Part shown: positions 24,641 through 37,283 of the stretch, piece after piece
How the letters are laid out: every line of letters starts with the position of its first letter
How positions within the stretch are numbered: position 1 is the stretch's first letter
Origin: Vicugna vicugna
Taxonomy: Eukaryota
Direction of reading: 5' to 3'
NCBI GenBank assembly: GCA_013265495.1
Contig: MU060042.1
Span: 5,452,258-5,516,257 of the forward strand
Length of the DNA stretch: 64,000 bases
The notes under the pieces: generated by a model
The model's input: the letters and a program-made list of their open reading frames with translations, nothing else
Databases searched by the model: none
Told to the model about the DNA's origin: nothing
Translations under genes and position numbers: made by a program

Positions 24641-25568
24641 GCCGGCGTCACTGGAGAGGGATGTGACGACGGCTCTTGGAGAACGAAGAGCAATGCTCTG
24701 AGCTGCCTGGTCTTTCCCTTCCTAGCGTGGGACCCCCCCCCCCACCTGGGAGGCTCTGCGCTACCCGCCTCCGGGCCACGCTCCGTCTTAGGAGAATAGA
24801 AGTCCTTTCTGAGCGCGACTCTCCAACCCCTTAGGCCGGTCCAGTCCTGCGCCTGCTCTGACTGCTGGGTGCTGCCTTGTGCCCACGACACTCACGGCCT
24901 GTCTCTGCGGGGCTGTGCGTGTTGATAAATTTGCTGCCCCTTCACGGTGACAGCCCCGGCGGGCGGCAGGCCCCTCCGAAATCCTCCCCCAGAAGCAGCA
25001 GGCTCCCTCCTCTCTCTGCACCTGTGTCCCCACCTGTGAAGCGGAGCCTGTCCCTGCGCCCGGTGATGGGCTCACGTACAGAGTGTGTACACAGGATGTG
25101 TGGGAGCCGTGCCCGGCGGAGCTGACGGTGCAGGGCGTCCAGGCCCCGAGGAGTCCTCGTGCCTCAGTGGACCCAGAGCAGGACCCAAACAGCTAAATCC
25201 TGGTGTGACTCTGAAGGCCAGTGGGACCTGGGCACACTTTCCTCCCACCGTCCCTTCTAAAGCTGCTCCAACACAAGCCAGTGTGTGTTGCTTTCTCGTC
25301 ACCTTAGCAAGCGTCTAAATCAGCCCCCACAACAGTTTGGTGACTAAATTTAGAGTTTTCAACTAAGTGCTTCAAATGTATCGTGTTTTATAAAGCTGTG
25401 CTTACAGTCACATAATTCTTGGTGAAAAATAATCTGAAGCCCTTCTTAAATCTGTCATTTAATAAGTCACGATGAACTTAACTTCTACCAAATGCCACAC
25501 TTCAGTGAAAGACTGCGCACATCAAAACTTCATGGCCCGAATACACAAGCAAGCCTCAGGCGGTTCTG

Positions 25569-25614
25569 ACACACTGCGCACACGCTCAGATCACACACTG
25601 CGCACACGCTCAGA
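25569..25614. repeat. Exact 22-bp direct duplication (period 24)
   Basis: ACACACTGCGCACACGCTCAGA at 25569-25590 and 25593-25614. Confidence 0.95.
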
Positions 25615-25807
25615 ACATTTCTGGCAATACTTCAAATCAGCTACAACCCTGCTTTATGCCAGTAAACCCAGCATGTTCTAGTCACCTACTCGAGTTACAC
25701 GGTTACATCAGAGACACCCGTGGCCCGGCCCAAAACTTCACCTTCACTCTTTTGTGCCTGTCATCATTTTGTAATAACAAGTTGCTTTGATAATAAAGAC
25801 CAGTGTA

Positions 25808-25960
25808 GGGAAGGGCATAGCTCAGTGGCAGAGCACATGCCTAGCACGCATGAGGTCCTGGGTTCAATCCCCAGCACCTCCACTAAAACATAATCAAGTG
25901 AACAAACCCAATTACTTCCCCAACAACAAGAAAAAATGTTAAGATAATTTTTTTTAAAAA
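25808..25960 (+). mobile_element. Camelid tRNA-Ala-derived SINE with intact Pol III A and B boxes
   Basis: GGGAAGGGCATAGCTCAGTGGCAGAGCACATGCCTAGCACGCATGAGGTCCTGGGTTCAATCCCCAGCACCTCC plus a non-tRNA tail and A-rich end. Confidence 0.92.
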
Positions 25961-27089
25961 GTGTGTGTCTGTATCTAAAAGGCAGATTTCAAGAGCAGTT
26001 TTAAAAGCTTCAAAAATTATCTAAAAATCCACAAATTCCATTTGGCTTTGCCTCTTACAGTAGGAAAAAGTAAGCCATACAATTTAAAAAAAAAAAAACT
26101 GCCACGCATTGAGCAGCTGACAGGGCTTTTGAGGTGTTCATCACTTCCTCTGCCAGAGTTTACAGCTGGAGCGAGCAGTTTGGTGCAGCTCTAATTTCTA
26201 ATTATGACTTCCTGAGAATGGGGGGGGGTTGTCAGTTTTACTCATCCCGTGGTGAGAAACAAAATGATTCCACTTTCTGCTGCCAACCAAATCGTCCTAT
26301 TCTTCAGCGAGGCTAAGAATAATCATCTAAATAACAAAAATCAACAGGAGTGATTAACGTTTAAGAACGGTTGCCACTGACTTTTCCAGAGAGATGCAGT
26401 CACGGAACTGACACTCGGGAGGTTTTCAGAAAAGTCTTCTGAACTTCTCCCGGCATGTGGCCCAGAGATGAAGCCCCGTCACCCTCACAGACAGCCTCGT
26501 CCCACAGCACACAGATGCTGAAGGGCTTCTGGCCCCTGCTGCCCCCCAGGGGGCTGCCGGAAGGACACCTGGACAAGGAGACCCTCACTCTGTCAGCGTT
26601 CTTTTCAGGCGTGGAGGCCGGAGCTGGAGAGGCTTCTATGTGATGAGCAAGGGCAGGTGGGGCAGGAACACGGCCACAGGTTTGTAAAGAGCAGAGCCTG
26701 GAAGTCCTCTGGGGACTAGCAGTGGCTTCTCGTTCCCTTAAAACAGACGAAAGAACGGCTACGACATAGCGAGACTGCTCTGGAGGTGGACCAGCTGTCC
26801 GCCTCTGGGGTTGGCTGCTGCAGCTTCCCTCTCTATTCTTCTGGCTGCTTGGTGCTTGATTGATGGGCTGGGGTGGGTGCAGAGACCACCCAGAGGTCTC
26901 AGGCTCCAGCAGCCTGGTCAGTGGACAACTGACCCCAGAGGCCAGGGGTCAAATATCAGAGTGATGTGCGTTTCAATAACTCCGGGTGGATGCTTGGAGG
27001 GGAAAGGTGTGCTCACAGTGGGAGGAGGAAACAGACCACGGGTTTAGGCCGAGAGCGTCTGTGAGGTGCTCCCGGAGCCGTGGTCACCA

Positions 27090-27190
27090 GCCTCTGGGGC
27101 AGCATGTCTTAGCTCGGCCTCTCATCTTTCTATCTCAGAAGATAAAATAGACACATTCCTCTCACGAAGAACAGTGGGAAGGCTTCTGTG
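27090..27190 (+). mobile_element. MIR fragment
   Basis: GGGGCAGCATGTCTTAGCTCGGCCTCTCATCTTTCTATCTCAGAAGATAAAATAG resembles the MIR core. Confidence 0.5.
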
Positions 27191-29257
27191 TGGCCGCAGA
27201 GGGCCTGTCAGTGAGAGGCTCTGGGGGAGCAGACAGTTCTAACAGGCAGGGGGTGTTGCTAATCTGGCCCCAACAGGCCCCCACCAGGCCCAGGGCACGG
27301 AGCTTGCTGGTGTCAGCCGATGGAGCAAACCATGAAACTCCTGGGCTTCAATCAGACACCCAAGCCCACACACTCCGTGCTTCTCTAAAGTGGAAAAAAA
27401 ATCTGACATTTATGAGTTCTCTCAAGTTAGCAACGCCAGATACGAAAGGCTTGAAGAGACTCTACAAGAATCTCAGGAGAGAGGTGCCTAAAGGTTTATC
27501 GTGGTGCGATGGTCTCATTCTCCAGCATGAAGACACGTTGGGGCAATGCCTCTCTTGTAACGTTCACTGGACACGGATGTCCAGAGGCTCACGCCACCTG
27601 TAAAATCCCCGTCATACACCTTATTTTCAGTGTCCTAAGCGTTTATGAGGACATCGTGGTGAATTTGCAACGAGACCTCAAGCACAGGCTCCCTATTCAT
27701 CAGGGGCTTGTGTGTACCCGCTTCGTGCCCAAGAAACCATTTGAAAATGGATTCCTTGCTTAGCGTTCAGGAATTTGTTAATTTGGGCCTTTTAACACAA
27801 GAGTATCAGGTTACACTGCAGCCTGACCTTCCCTGGCATGAGGTATCATAAAAGTTACACAAAGGAGCTCCATTCACAAGGACGTTGGTGGTGTAGTCAA
27901 TCCGGATAATCAGAGTTTACTTAAAAGTAAGTGAATGCAGAACCTGTTCTCCCGGCTGTTCATTCTAAAATTGGAGTTTCCCAGCTGCTTTATCCAAGAG
28001 GCCACACAGCGTGGCCGGGTAATAAAAATAACAAGCCAACATGAAAATAAACAAATAAAAGCAGCATTAGGGGGAAAGATTAACAGGATCACCTAGAGAG
28101 TCACGTGACTGCGGCATGTGACGAGAAATTATTTAAGTCATAATTTCCACCTGGCTCTGCTCAGCCCCAGTGAAAATCCTCCCTCCGGCCGAGGCCCGCA
28201 GACCTGGGCCTCTCACTCCCGCTAGAAGGCTGACTTTCCCATGGGAAGGCAGCAGCTAGCCCCGGGGCTGCGTGCGGACGTCGGAAGTTGAGAAAAGCAT
28301 TTGTCTTTCAGGTGATCAGGGCCCAAAGTCCCAAACTGAATGAAGATTAGCAAAAGCAAATGCTAATGTCCCTGTCACTTGCGGTGGAAGCGACAAGTCA
28401 CCGCCGCTGACTGGGACACGACGCACCTCTGTTCTCACCGCACCTGCTGTAGCACAAACCTGGGGTGCGGACGATGAAGGGGGAAAGCAGACCAGCCGGG
28501 GCGAGCTCACCGGGTCGAGTCAGAACCAGACCAGCTCCACAGGCTGTGAGGATGGTCCCGCCGTCTCTCGCGCGTGGGCGGTGTCCCACGAGAGCAAACC
28601 CGAGTGTGAGGAGCTCACGGCAGTGGGTCGCAGGTGCCGGGCCCGCCCGCCGGCCCTCAACGCGGAGGACCTACAGCACAGCCGCGGTCCACGCAGGGCG
28701 CCGATGGGCTCGCTGCCTGCCCCCCGGCCTGGTCTCTGTGTTGCTTCCTCCCAGGCGGCATGTGGCCCTCCTCAGAGCTTACATTTTATCCCCTTAGCAA
28801 CTTCAGCAGAAAGCGTGTCTCCTTCTCACAGGCTTGACAAAGCCCAGGCTGACTTGCCCCTTTCGGTTGAGTCCCACTGTCTGGCCTGTCACCTCCTTGG
28901 AACCAGTAGCTGTTAACTTCCAGCCTCAGCTAGGCTCGTGGTCCTTCCTGGAGCTGGGGCCGTGGGGTCAGCCACACCAAAACCACGTGGCCGGGTGGCA
29001 CCAGCGAGGATGGCAGAGTAGGGCCCACGCATCCTGCTGGGAGGGTGCTCGACCCCTCAGCCATCATTTGATCTGTGAATAAGGCACAAATCACACCTTA
29101 CGATATTCACATCTCTTAACTCAAACAGCAATGCCCACAGCACAGTGTCAGGCTTCTGGGAAATTCTCAGCCAGTGCAAATTCTTAATAACTGCAAATTC
29201 TTCCATGGCTTCTGAAATAATAAAAGCGATCTCCATTAGGAAGTGCCAGTGAGGGGA

Positions 29258-29358
29258 GCGGAGGGTGGAACTCAGTGGCAGAGCATGTGCTTAGGGTGCA
29301 CAGCATCCTGGGTTCTGTCTCCAGCGCCTCCACTAGAAGAAAAAAGAAACGTGAACAA
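29258..29358 (+). mobile_element. Diverged camelid tRNA-derived SINE
   Basis: GGAGGGTGGAACTCAGTGGCAGAGCATGTGCTTAGGGTGCACAGCATCCTGGGTTCTGTCTCCAGCGCCTCC plus an A-rich tail. Confidence 0.85.
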
Positions 29359-29509
29359 GAGGCAACGTGGCCGCTGACGAGGCAGCTCTTCTCAGACACC
29401 AGACTCTGCATCCTGAGCTCAGCTGGGAGGGCAGGTATGGATGTGGCAGAAAAAATGTGACCAGAAGATCACAACCACGTGCCGTGTCCAGTGCGTGCGC
29501 TGCGGCGCT

Positions 29510-29655
29510 GAGCATCTTGTCCTTGTCTTCTCACTTCACAGCCTCAGGAGGTCGGGTCTCCTACTTGCCGCAGTTTGCGGACGAGGCAACGAGTGCTCGA
29601 AAGGGCAAAAGCTGCAGTCAGAGGGCGAGCTGGGAGGCGAGCCCGGGGCCCTCGC
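29510..29655 (-). mobile_element. MIR fragment, GC-shifted
   Basis: CAGTTTGCGGACGAGGCAACGAGTGCTCGAAAGGG corresponds to MIR CATTTTACAGATGAGGAAACTGAGGCTCAGAGAGG. Confidence 0.7.
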
Positions 29656-30154
29656 ACGGAACATTTCCTTTACTGCAAGGCTAGAAGGCAAGCGTCGCGC
29701 TAGATAAACACACGGTTTTAAAACCAGCATCTCTGCGTACCCAGAATGCACTGCAGCAGGCCCGGGGGAGGGAAGGTGACGAAAGCCATCGCTCCCACAG
29801 CGAGGGGCCGTCGGCCGCACGCTGACCAGGCACAGAGAGCCCAGGGCAAGGCGCCTGCTTCAGGCTCCGCCCGCGGGGAGGCAGGCGCCTCTGAGCACGG
29901 ATGCATGTTGCGTCCTTGAGAATCTGGAAGGGCACAAACTGAAGTCACTGTCCTTCATTTGGAAGGACTCGACGAGTCCTGATCTCCAGCAAACACTCAG
30001 CTGTGAACTGGTGTCTACGAGGTGCACGTGAAGTCCTCGCGTCTTTTCCAGCGGAGACAACACCCTCTCCTGTTAAGCAGTTTGCAATCAGAGTAGTAAG
30101 CGGTGGTAAAACCAACCCTGGCGTCACCTCTCTGATCCACTTACGAGCTGCCCG

Positions 30155-30270
30155 CTGTTGGTTAAGTGGCCTACTCTCCCCAAGCCTCGGTTTCTTCACC
30201 TGTAAGATGAGCACTGAAGGCCGGGCCCTCGAGTGACTGCAGGAGCTAAAACTCAAAGCAGTGTGTGTTC
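30155..30270 (+). mobile_element. MIR fragment
   Basis: TTAAGTGGCCTACTCTCCCCAAGCCTCGGTTTCTTCACCTGTAAGATGAG matches the MIR core. Confidence 0.75.
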
Positions 30271-33200
30271 CTTACACTCAAATGGGACTCATTGCACAGT
30301 AATACGCTGCATAATCAGGCAACTTATGTGGACCGTGTTTCAGTTTTCAAATTCAGGAAAACGGAGACAGCGTCTTCCTACCGCGGTCACGTCGCAGAAG
30401 TTGAGGCTTTCCACAGGCGAACTTTTTTTCAAACAGAAACAGCATAAAAATGCACAGAGTAGCACTGGCTCGTCATGGCAGTGTGATGCGTTTTCCCATG
30501 AAATGTTTTGAATCGTTTACGTTCATTGTTAGCCTTTCTCAAGCATGAATGTGAGGACATCGCACCAAACGTCACGTTTAAGGAACTGCCATGAAACAAA
30601 ACCAGCAGGTGTCCCACGAGGGGAGAGAGCAAGAGAAGAAGCCGGTCCGCCCGCCGTGTGTCGGGGCGGAAGCCACGGAGCCTGACAGAGCCGCTGAGCG
30701 GGGCCGGCCTGGCGTGTCTGCAGGACGCTTCTGTGAGCAGCCGCGCTGACACGGCTTACGGTACGACCGCAGGGAGCAGAGGGGGTCCTCGGTCTAGAAA
30801 AGAGGAAGGAGATTAAAAACGCAAATACTTAGAAAGCACTTGATGATTTAGTGACGCTCTCTTTACATTAAATGAGCCAGGAGATCACAGACTAGAAAAC
30901 ACTTAGATATGATTTTAAAGTTAATTATGCTTCACCCATATTAGTGTTTCAATTGCATCCGAGTTGCTTGCCCACGCATGGGGCGTGTGAGGCAGAAGCT
31001 GTGTCCTGCCCCCCCGCGGGCTGCGCCGTGCCTGGCTGAGGGGGCCCCGCGGGGCCTCGCGTTGCCAAGACGCTGCCACAGAACCACGCGTGCAGCGCGG
31101 CTCCCGTGAGGAGAGGTCTGGGCGTGGTCTTGATTTTGTAAATAATTATGCCAAAAGTAACTGCACATCATTCTATCACATTTGCATTTTGCTAAATTTT
31201 TAAAAAATCAAAAATATTGTAAACATGAAGATGTTAGGACATGTTATGATTTAAAAAACTACTTTAAATAGACTTAGGAAACAGCTCGATCTCAGCAGCG
31301 GGTCGTAATCTACAGAACATTTTCCGCAAATTTAGACAGACGCTCAGACTTGAGGATCTTTTTTTCCTGTGTAAGTTTAAGGTGACGATTATGAAATCTG
31401 CAGAAAGGAAACAAAACGTTAGGTTCAGAGGCAAAACGTCATGTTGACCGAGGAAATGCCGCAAACACGGGCCCGTGGGAGCCAGTTACGCGGAGACGGG
31501 GACTGTCTCTCCGCTGCCGCCCAGGCCGGGGACAAGTCAGGCACGGGAGCAGGCAGCCCCACGCGCTGAGACGCGGCCCCGACCGACAGAAGCTGGTGGC
31601 GAGGCACGGAACCCCCTTGCTCCCCCGGGGGAGGGCTGGGAGGCGGGGTGTGTGTTGACCTCGCACCTCACGGACCACCAGCTGAGACAGCGTCTTTTCC
31701 GGGCCTCTCCCCGCTGTTACTCCTGAGCTGGTGGGAAAGACACCTCTCGTCCCAGGACGCTGGCAAGCCCGCCGTCTTCTGAATGTTTTCCTGTGGCCGA
31801 GTCACTCCTGTTCCACTGCTGAAGACGGAGACCTGCAGTGGGTCACACCTGCAGGAAGTCAGGGAAGTCTCAGCTCCCTAGACAAGAGAAGCGTCCCCAG
31901 AGCCACCCGTGCGCAGGCACCCGTCCACCGGGCGTGCGTCTGCACCTGCGAGTCCTGTGTTGTCTGCATCGAGCGCACACACATCCGCACCGGGAACAGC
32001 CCCTGTGTCAGCCAGGTCACCGTGTCTGCGTCACGACATTTCTCTTCCCACGAGACGGAGACCCTCGGAGCGAAAGGACCGCGTTCCCTTCACTCAAATG
32101 CACGAAGTCGACAGTGCAGCCCCGCTGACAGTCGGAGCATTGCAGGTATTTGCTCAACGGATGGAGGAACTGGAAACCAGTGTTCCCAGCGTCCTGCCGC
32201 CCTCCCCCAACAACAGGTCCGGGCCGGAGCAGCACAGAAAACGGAAGTGATGGTTCCCATCTCGAAAGCTGCTGGCTGCAAAGTTAGCACGAGGCAAAGC
32301 AGCCTCTCCAACTCCACCACCAGCAACAAAGAGCCGATGTGGTCAGGGCGGGGCTGGGGGGGCCCAGCCCACCTGCTCCTGAAACTCAGGAACCAGCACG
32401 GCCAGGCTCAGCCTCGTACACACACATCCTGTGGGTCGTTTCTAACATAAACCTCATTACGAGGGAAAAGGAGCGTCAGCCAGTCGGATGGAGCCCTCGC
32501 TCTGCGGCAGGACCACGTCTTCAGGGCAGAGGAAATACCAGAAGGAAGATGGATCTGGGAAAAGAAGGGCAGATCAGGGCTGTTCTGCGTCCCCAGAACC
32601 GTGTGTGGACCCCCTTGAAGAGCAGACAGGCCATGCCAGCTTCCAGCACGGGCCCTGCCACGTGCAAGCCCTCGCCGCAGGTGTCACACAGCTGCCGAGG
32701 GTCCGTGAGCACACAGCCCAGCTTACACGCAGCTGCGCAGGACGAGGCAGCTCTGTGCTCGACGGGCTCCCGGGAACCAGGCGCGGCCGGGCTTGCCGGG
32801 GCCACCCGCCCGACTCCGCTCCCGGAGGGGCCGCCTCGCTGTGGTGTTCTCCCGGCCCCACGTCCCCTCTCTCTGGTCGCCCTGAGCCCAGGCCCAGGAG
32901 ATGGAGCTGCCAGGCCCTGGGAGCATATGTCACCCAGGCCCCTCTGCTGAGCGAGGGGACAGCTGCCCTGAGCTCCTTGGGCCCTGACCCCTCCCGCCGT
33001 GTTGGTGAGCTTGTGCCCGCAGGAGGCGCACTTGAGCTGCGAGTCTGCCCGAGCTGCCCTGGCACCGTGTCCTGGGCTCTCCGGTCCCTCACAGCCAGCA
33101 CTTGGCGGAAGCACAGCTCTGCCGGGGCCCTTGCTTACAGCGGCCTTGTCAGACACAGGGAGTTGGCAGGGCTCCCCTTGGCGGACAGAGAGAACCCCGC

Positions 33201-33314
33201 TGCAAACCCCTGCGAAGGCACATTCACACCAGGGCACTCCCGCTAGAGCGCTGTCCGCCGAGCACGTCAGCCCTTCCAAACATGGACACTTCAGTCTCCC
33301 AGGCTGGTCCCCAA

Positions 33315-33500
33315 GGCCATGCACACACACACAGACACATCAGACCGTGCCTGCACAGGAAGTCACCCGCACGTGCACATATCCATGTGCATGCACACAC
33401 ACGTACAGTGTGCACACATCTGCACACGCGTGCCTCCATGCACACCCGTGCCTGCACTCGTGTGCACTCCCGCACTCACGCAGCCAGCCGTGCACACGGG
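33315..33500. repeat. CA/CACG-rich low-complexity purine-pyrimidine tract
   Basis: Degenerate (CA)n/TGCACAC repeats. Confidence 0.75.
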
Positions 33501-34290
33501 GAGGACCGAGCGCTCCCTAGTCCCACCACTGTTCACATGCCGCAGTCTTGGTAAATAGTCACGTTTCCTTTGGCTGGTGAACAGGGCGGAGCGAGGGACA
33601 AAATTCTCCCTCGCGTCTGTCTTTCTGTCCTCGACACGCTCCCTACGCACCTGCGAGGTGTCTTACAGTCGCACCCCACCCCACACCGAGGCCAGTGCTC
33701 AGGGCACAGACCTCAGGTCCCAGGGAAGACGTGGACTGTGGAACCGAAGGTGCCGTCACTGAGCTCTGCGTGGGGTCAGGGCGTTTCCACAGCCTCCCGG
33801 GTCTTCCCGATGGAGAGACGTGCTCCCGGGGGACACTCCTCTCTCTGACGCTGGGTGATGCGGGTCTTAATGGAAACGAAGCCGGCTGCTCCCTGACGGG
33901 GGAGGGGCTGAGAGTGAAGAGAAGGACACTGAGGTCCAGGTTCTGTTACGGCTCCTTCCTCCCAGGCCACCGCTGCCCCCCGTGCTTCTCTGGCCCTCGT
34001 GGGCCCCTCTCTCTGGGGCAGGGGGCACATTTATCATCGCTGATTGGCGCTCCACTGCTCCCACTGCTCTGAGGAACTCGGAAAGTCTCTTCTTAATTTG
34101 CTCTTTCCAGCTCCACTCACCCTGCCCTTAAGGTCGGAAAGTGAACGGACCACGTTCTCGGGGCGTTAGTGTCACCGACTGTTACTGTTTTTATTCTTTT
34201 GTTGTTTTTCTTCTCTTTGCTCTTAATTAGCTTCATCTGTCTCCACACCGAGTGCGTCCTGACACCCGCAAGGCGGGGTTTACCCCCCGC

Positions 34291-34318
<28 letters not shown>
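34291..34318. repeat. (CA)14 microsatellite
   Basis: Seen directly. Confidence 0.97.
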
Positions 34319-34321
<3 letters not shown>

Positions 34322-37196
34322 GGACAATGGCTTCTTTGCGTGGCTTTGCCTCACAGGATCGTGTCCTCTGCCATCACCATTTACCTTCACGAAGTTTCCG
34401 TATCCATGCTGGACCCCAGGAAGCCATCTTGTTACCTATCAATCCGCAAGTGTCTCTAAGTTCTCCTAGGCAGTGCCAGGACAGAAAAGAATTGTATCAG
34501 ATGCTTCCTGGCCTCAGAGAATTCTCAGGCTAGTGGAGAGTCCCAGCCTCACTTCTGCAAACAAGCAAATGGCAGCGGCCTGCTGGGCTGTGCGGTCTCT
34601 GCTGTAGCTAAAGGCTGAGGAAGGACAGGCGCGTGGGGGGCCGTCCTCGCGGAACAGGCAGCTTTGGAGTCAGACCAGGAAGGACGGGCGGATGGGATGA
34701 ATTTGCAGAGGAGGACCTAGGCGTCCTGGGGCTGAAGCTGGGAGAGTGGGGAAAAAAGGAAAAGGAGGAGCTGGTGCTGGTTTGCGCGGGGAGAAGAAAA
34801 GATGACGTGAAAACAGCCGAACTCTGGGGACAAGGGCGCTGTGGGATGTGCATCCGCTGGTGTCAGAACTCACGTCACTCAGCTGTCATCTCCCAGCAAA
34901 CCTCAGTACGTGGGGAGCCCCCCGCACCTCCGGGTTCCAAAAACACCTCCCTCCAGCCTCCTTCCCACCAAACGCACTGGAGCTGGCCTCCCAGGACCAT
35001 TAGTGTCGACTGTGAGCCCACACCCCGACGGCCCCACAGAGGGACCCCAGTCCTGGGGTGCTGGTCCTCGTCTGCAGGTGGCCCTGTGGCCCTTCCCACC
35101 CTCCCTCCCTCCTGAGCCTCCGCATGCAGGAAGCAGAACCCCGTGCGAACTGTGACCGATTCCCGAGCTCCCGGACGGCGGGGACCCCGCCTCGCACCAG
35201 TGAGTGCTGGACCACCTTGCTAAGACCGCTGCTCGGAGGACGCATGTCCACGCCCCAGAGCAGCACGAGGAGGAAGCCAGTCCTGGCCGCCATTCCAGGT
35301 GTGCAAGGGTAGCAACGAACCCGACGAGAAGTGTAAAACCGACGCCCAATTAACGCACTTCCTGGAGGACCAGGGCTTACTCGCCGCAGCCCTCCTCTAA
35401 CGAGGATCCCAGAGCCGAGAGGAACCAGATGTGCCCCATCTCCCGGCCCCAGAGGACATCCGACGGCGAGTGGGGGCTCATGTGTCTTAGGCCATCGATA
35501 GTGCCGAGAGCAGCTAGAGCAATAATCAATGCGCCGTATTCCCCGAACCCACGGTGCTACCGTTCCAACGGAAAATCAAGCGCTTTGTTACAAGTGGGCC
35601 GGGCAGCAGACGGCGTGGAGATTTTTCTCTCTAACGTTAAGCGTGATGGTTCTATTTGGTGCTCTTTTAATTAAAAACAGGCTGTGCAGAGCCACATGCA
35701 TGTCCTGCCTGCACCTGATTACACCACACGATGAACAAATATTTGCATTTGCTTCAGCGTCACACTCAACCCTGCTTCACGTCACGCCAATTGCCTGAAT
35801 CCGACCAGCTAAACAAAGCATGCCATTGCACCCTAAAGGATATTCCATTATGAGGCTGGCTGCTCTTCTTTTCTGTGTCAGCATTTAGAGAAGGAATAGG
35901 ATTCATCCCACCATCTTTCATTCACAGCGCACAGCGTGTCGTGCCTGTATGTTAAGGGACACACGAAAGCAAACTTAAAACACGTTTTGACCACAACCAA
36001 CTTGCTGTAGATGTATCCAGGTCCTCGCAACCATCTCCTGCCGGAAGTGATTGTAACAAACATGATCTTTTGTTTACCACGTTGCTGATATTAGCCAGGG
36101 AAAATTTTTTTTAATTTTTAAATTTAAAAGTTTTAAAAGCCAGAGACTAATAACTAGTATTTCAAAGGTGTAGATAGATACATAAACATTCGTTAGTCTC
36201 TACATATTTTTTTAAAAGTTAGATAGGCCTGAATGGAAAATTCAGAACATATAATTTCATGATTTTTTGACTAAAAAAAGGCCACATCTATTATCTCCTG
36301 TGTCTTCCCCTCAGAGAAGCCACAAAACACGTGCCTGTGTATGTCCTCTGGTCCACTAGGACCTCAGGCCCATGAGTTACTCAGGGAAGCTGGCGCCCCA
36401 TGGACCACCCCTGGGTTACAATCAGGCTTCTCCTGGAGTAGCCCCCAGACTGTTGGATCCCCAGGGCATTTAACAGACCCTGTAACTGGGGGTCAGGTTT
36501 CCAAGGAAGATTCTGTCAAAAACAAGCAGGATTTGGCTTTGAGAACCTTGGTTTCACCACTTCCGAAAGCCATATGGTCAAACTGGACTGAGCTCTGAAA
36601 AACCACACGACCGCCGCACCAGTTTTCCCAGTGAAGCGCACATGCGGTCCCTGTGGGTGTGACAGCAGTGCCACCTGTGGTCCTGATGCCCTGAAACCCC
36701 AGGGGTGGGGGTGGGGGCAGCGTGTGTGCCGCAGGACCGGCTCAGGACCCCCTCCGACGTGCCCACATCAGACTCAGGACCTCATCTAACTTACTACCTC
36801 CACAGAATAAAATTGAGAGATGTCCAATTAGAAGAACATGTAAGAGTTTGACGAGATTTTCCGAGAGAGGAAAAAGGCCAAGCCAAGGCAAGGAGCACCC
36901 AGCTTGCCGGGATGGCATCCGAGCCACGCCCGGGTGGGGCTTGCCGCGGCTTCTCGGTGGACGACGGCGTCAGGTGCGACCCTCGGTGGTCAATAACTTA
37001 ACTCACGTAGAGCTACGCGTAAACCCCATCAAATGAGCCATGTTGAGACAAGTCATTTTTTTCTCTACTCTCTGTTTGGCCCTAATAGGCAGCCAGTCTC
37101 TTGCATTAATAAGGAGATTGGACTCAGTGCTCAGTGACAGTGAGGTTCTCCACCCACCTCCCCGAGTGTCCTCCCAACATGTTCCTGTCCACCCCC

Positions 37197-37283
37197 CACG
37201 TGGACACACACATGGACACACACTTGGACACACACGAGGACACACACGTGGACTCACACGTGGGCACACATGTGGACACACAC
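37197..37283. repeat. 12-bp minisatellite, 7 copies, consensus CACGTGGACACA
   Basis: Units start at 37197, 37209, 37221, 37233, 37245, 37257 and 37269. Confidence 0.95.

Noticed and set aside
32339-33330. 200-270-aa ORFs on both strands
   Set aside because: Their composition mirrors the GC content. There is no recognisable motif or convincing exon boundary.
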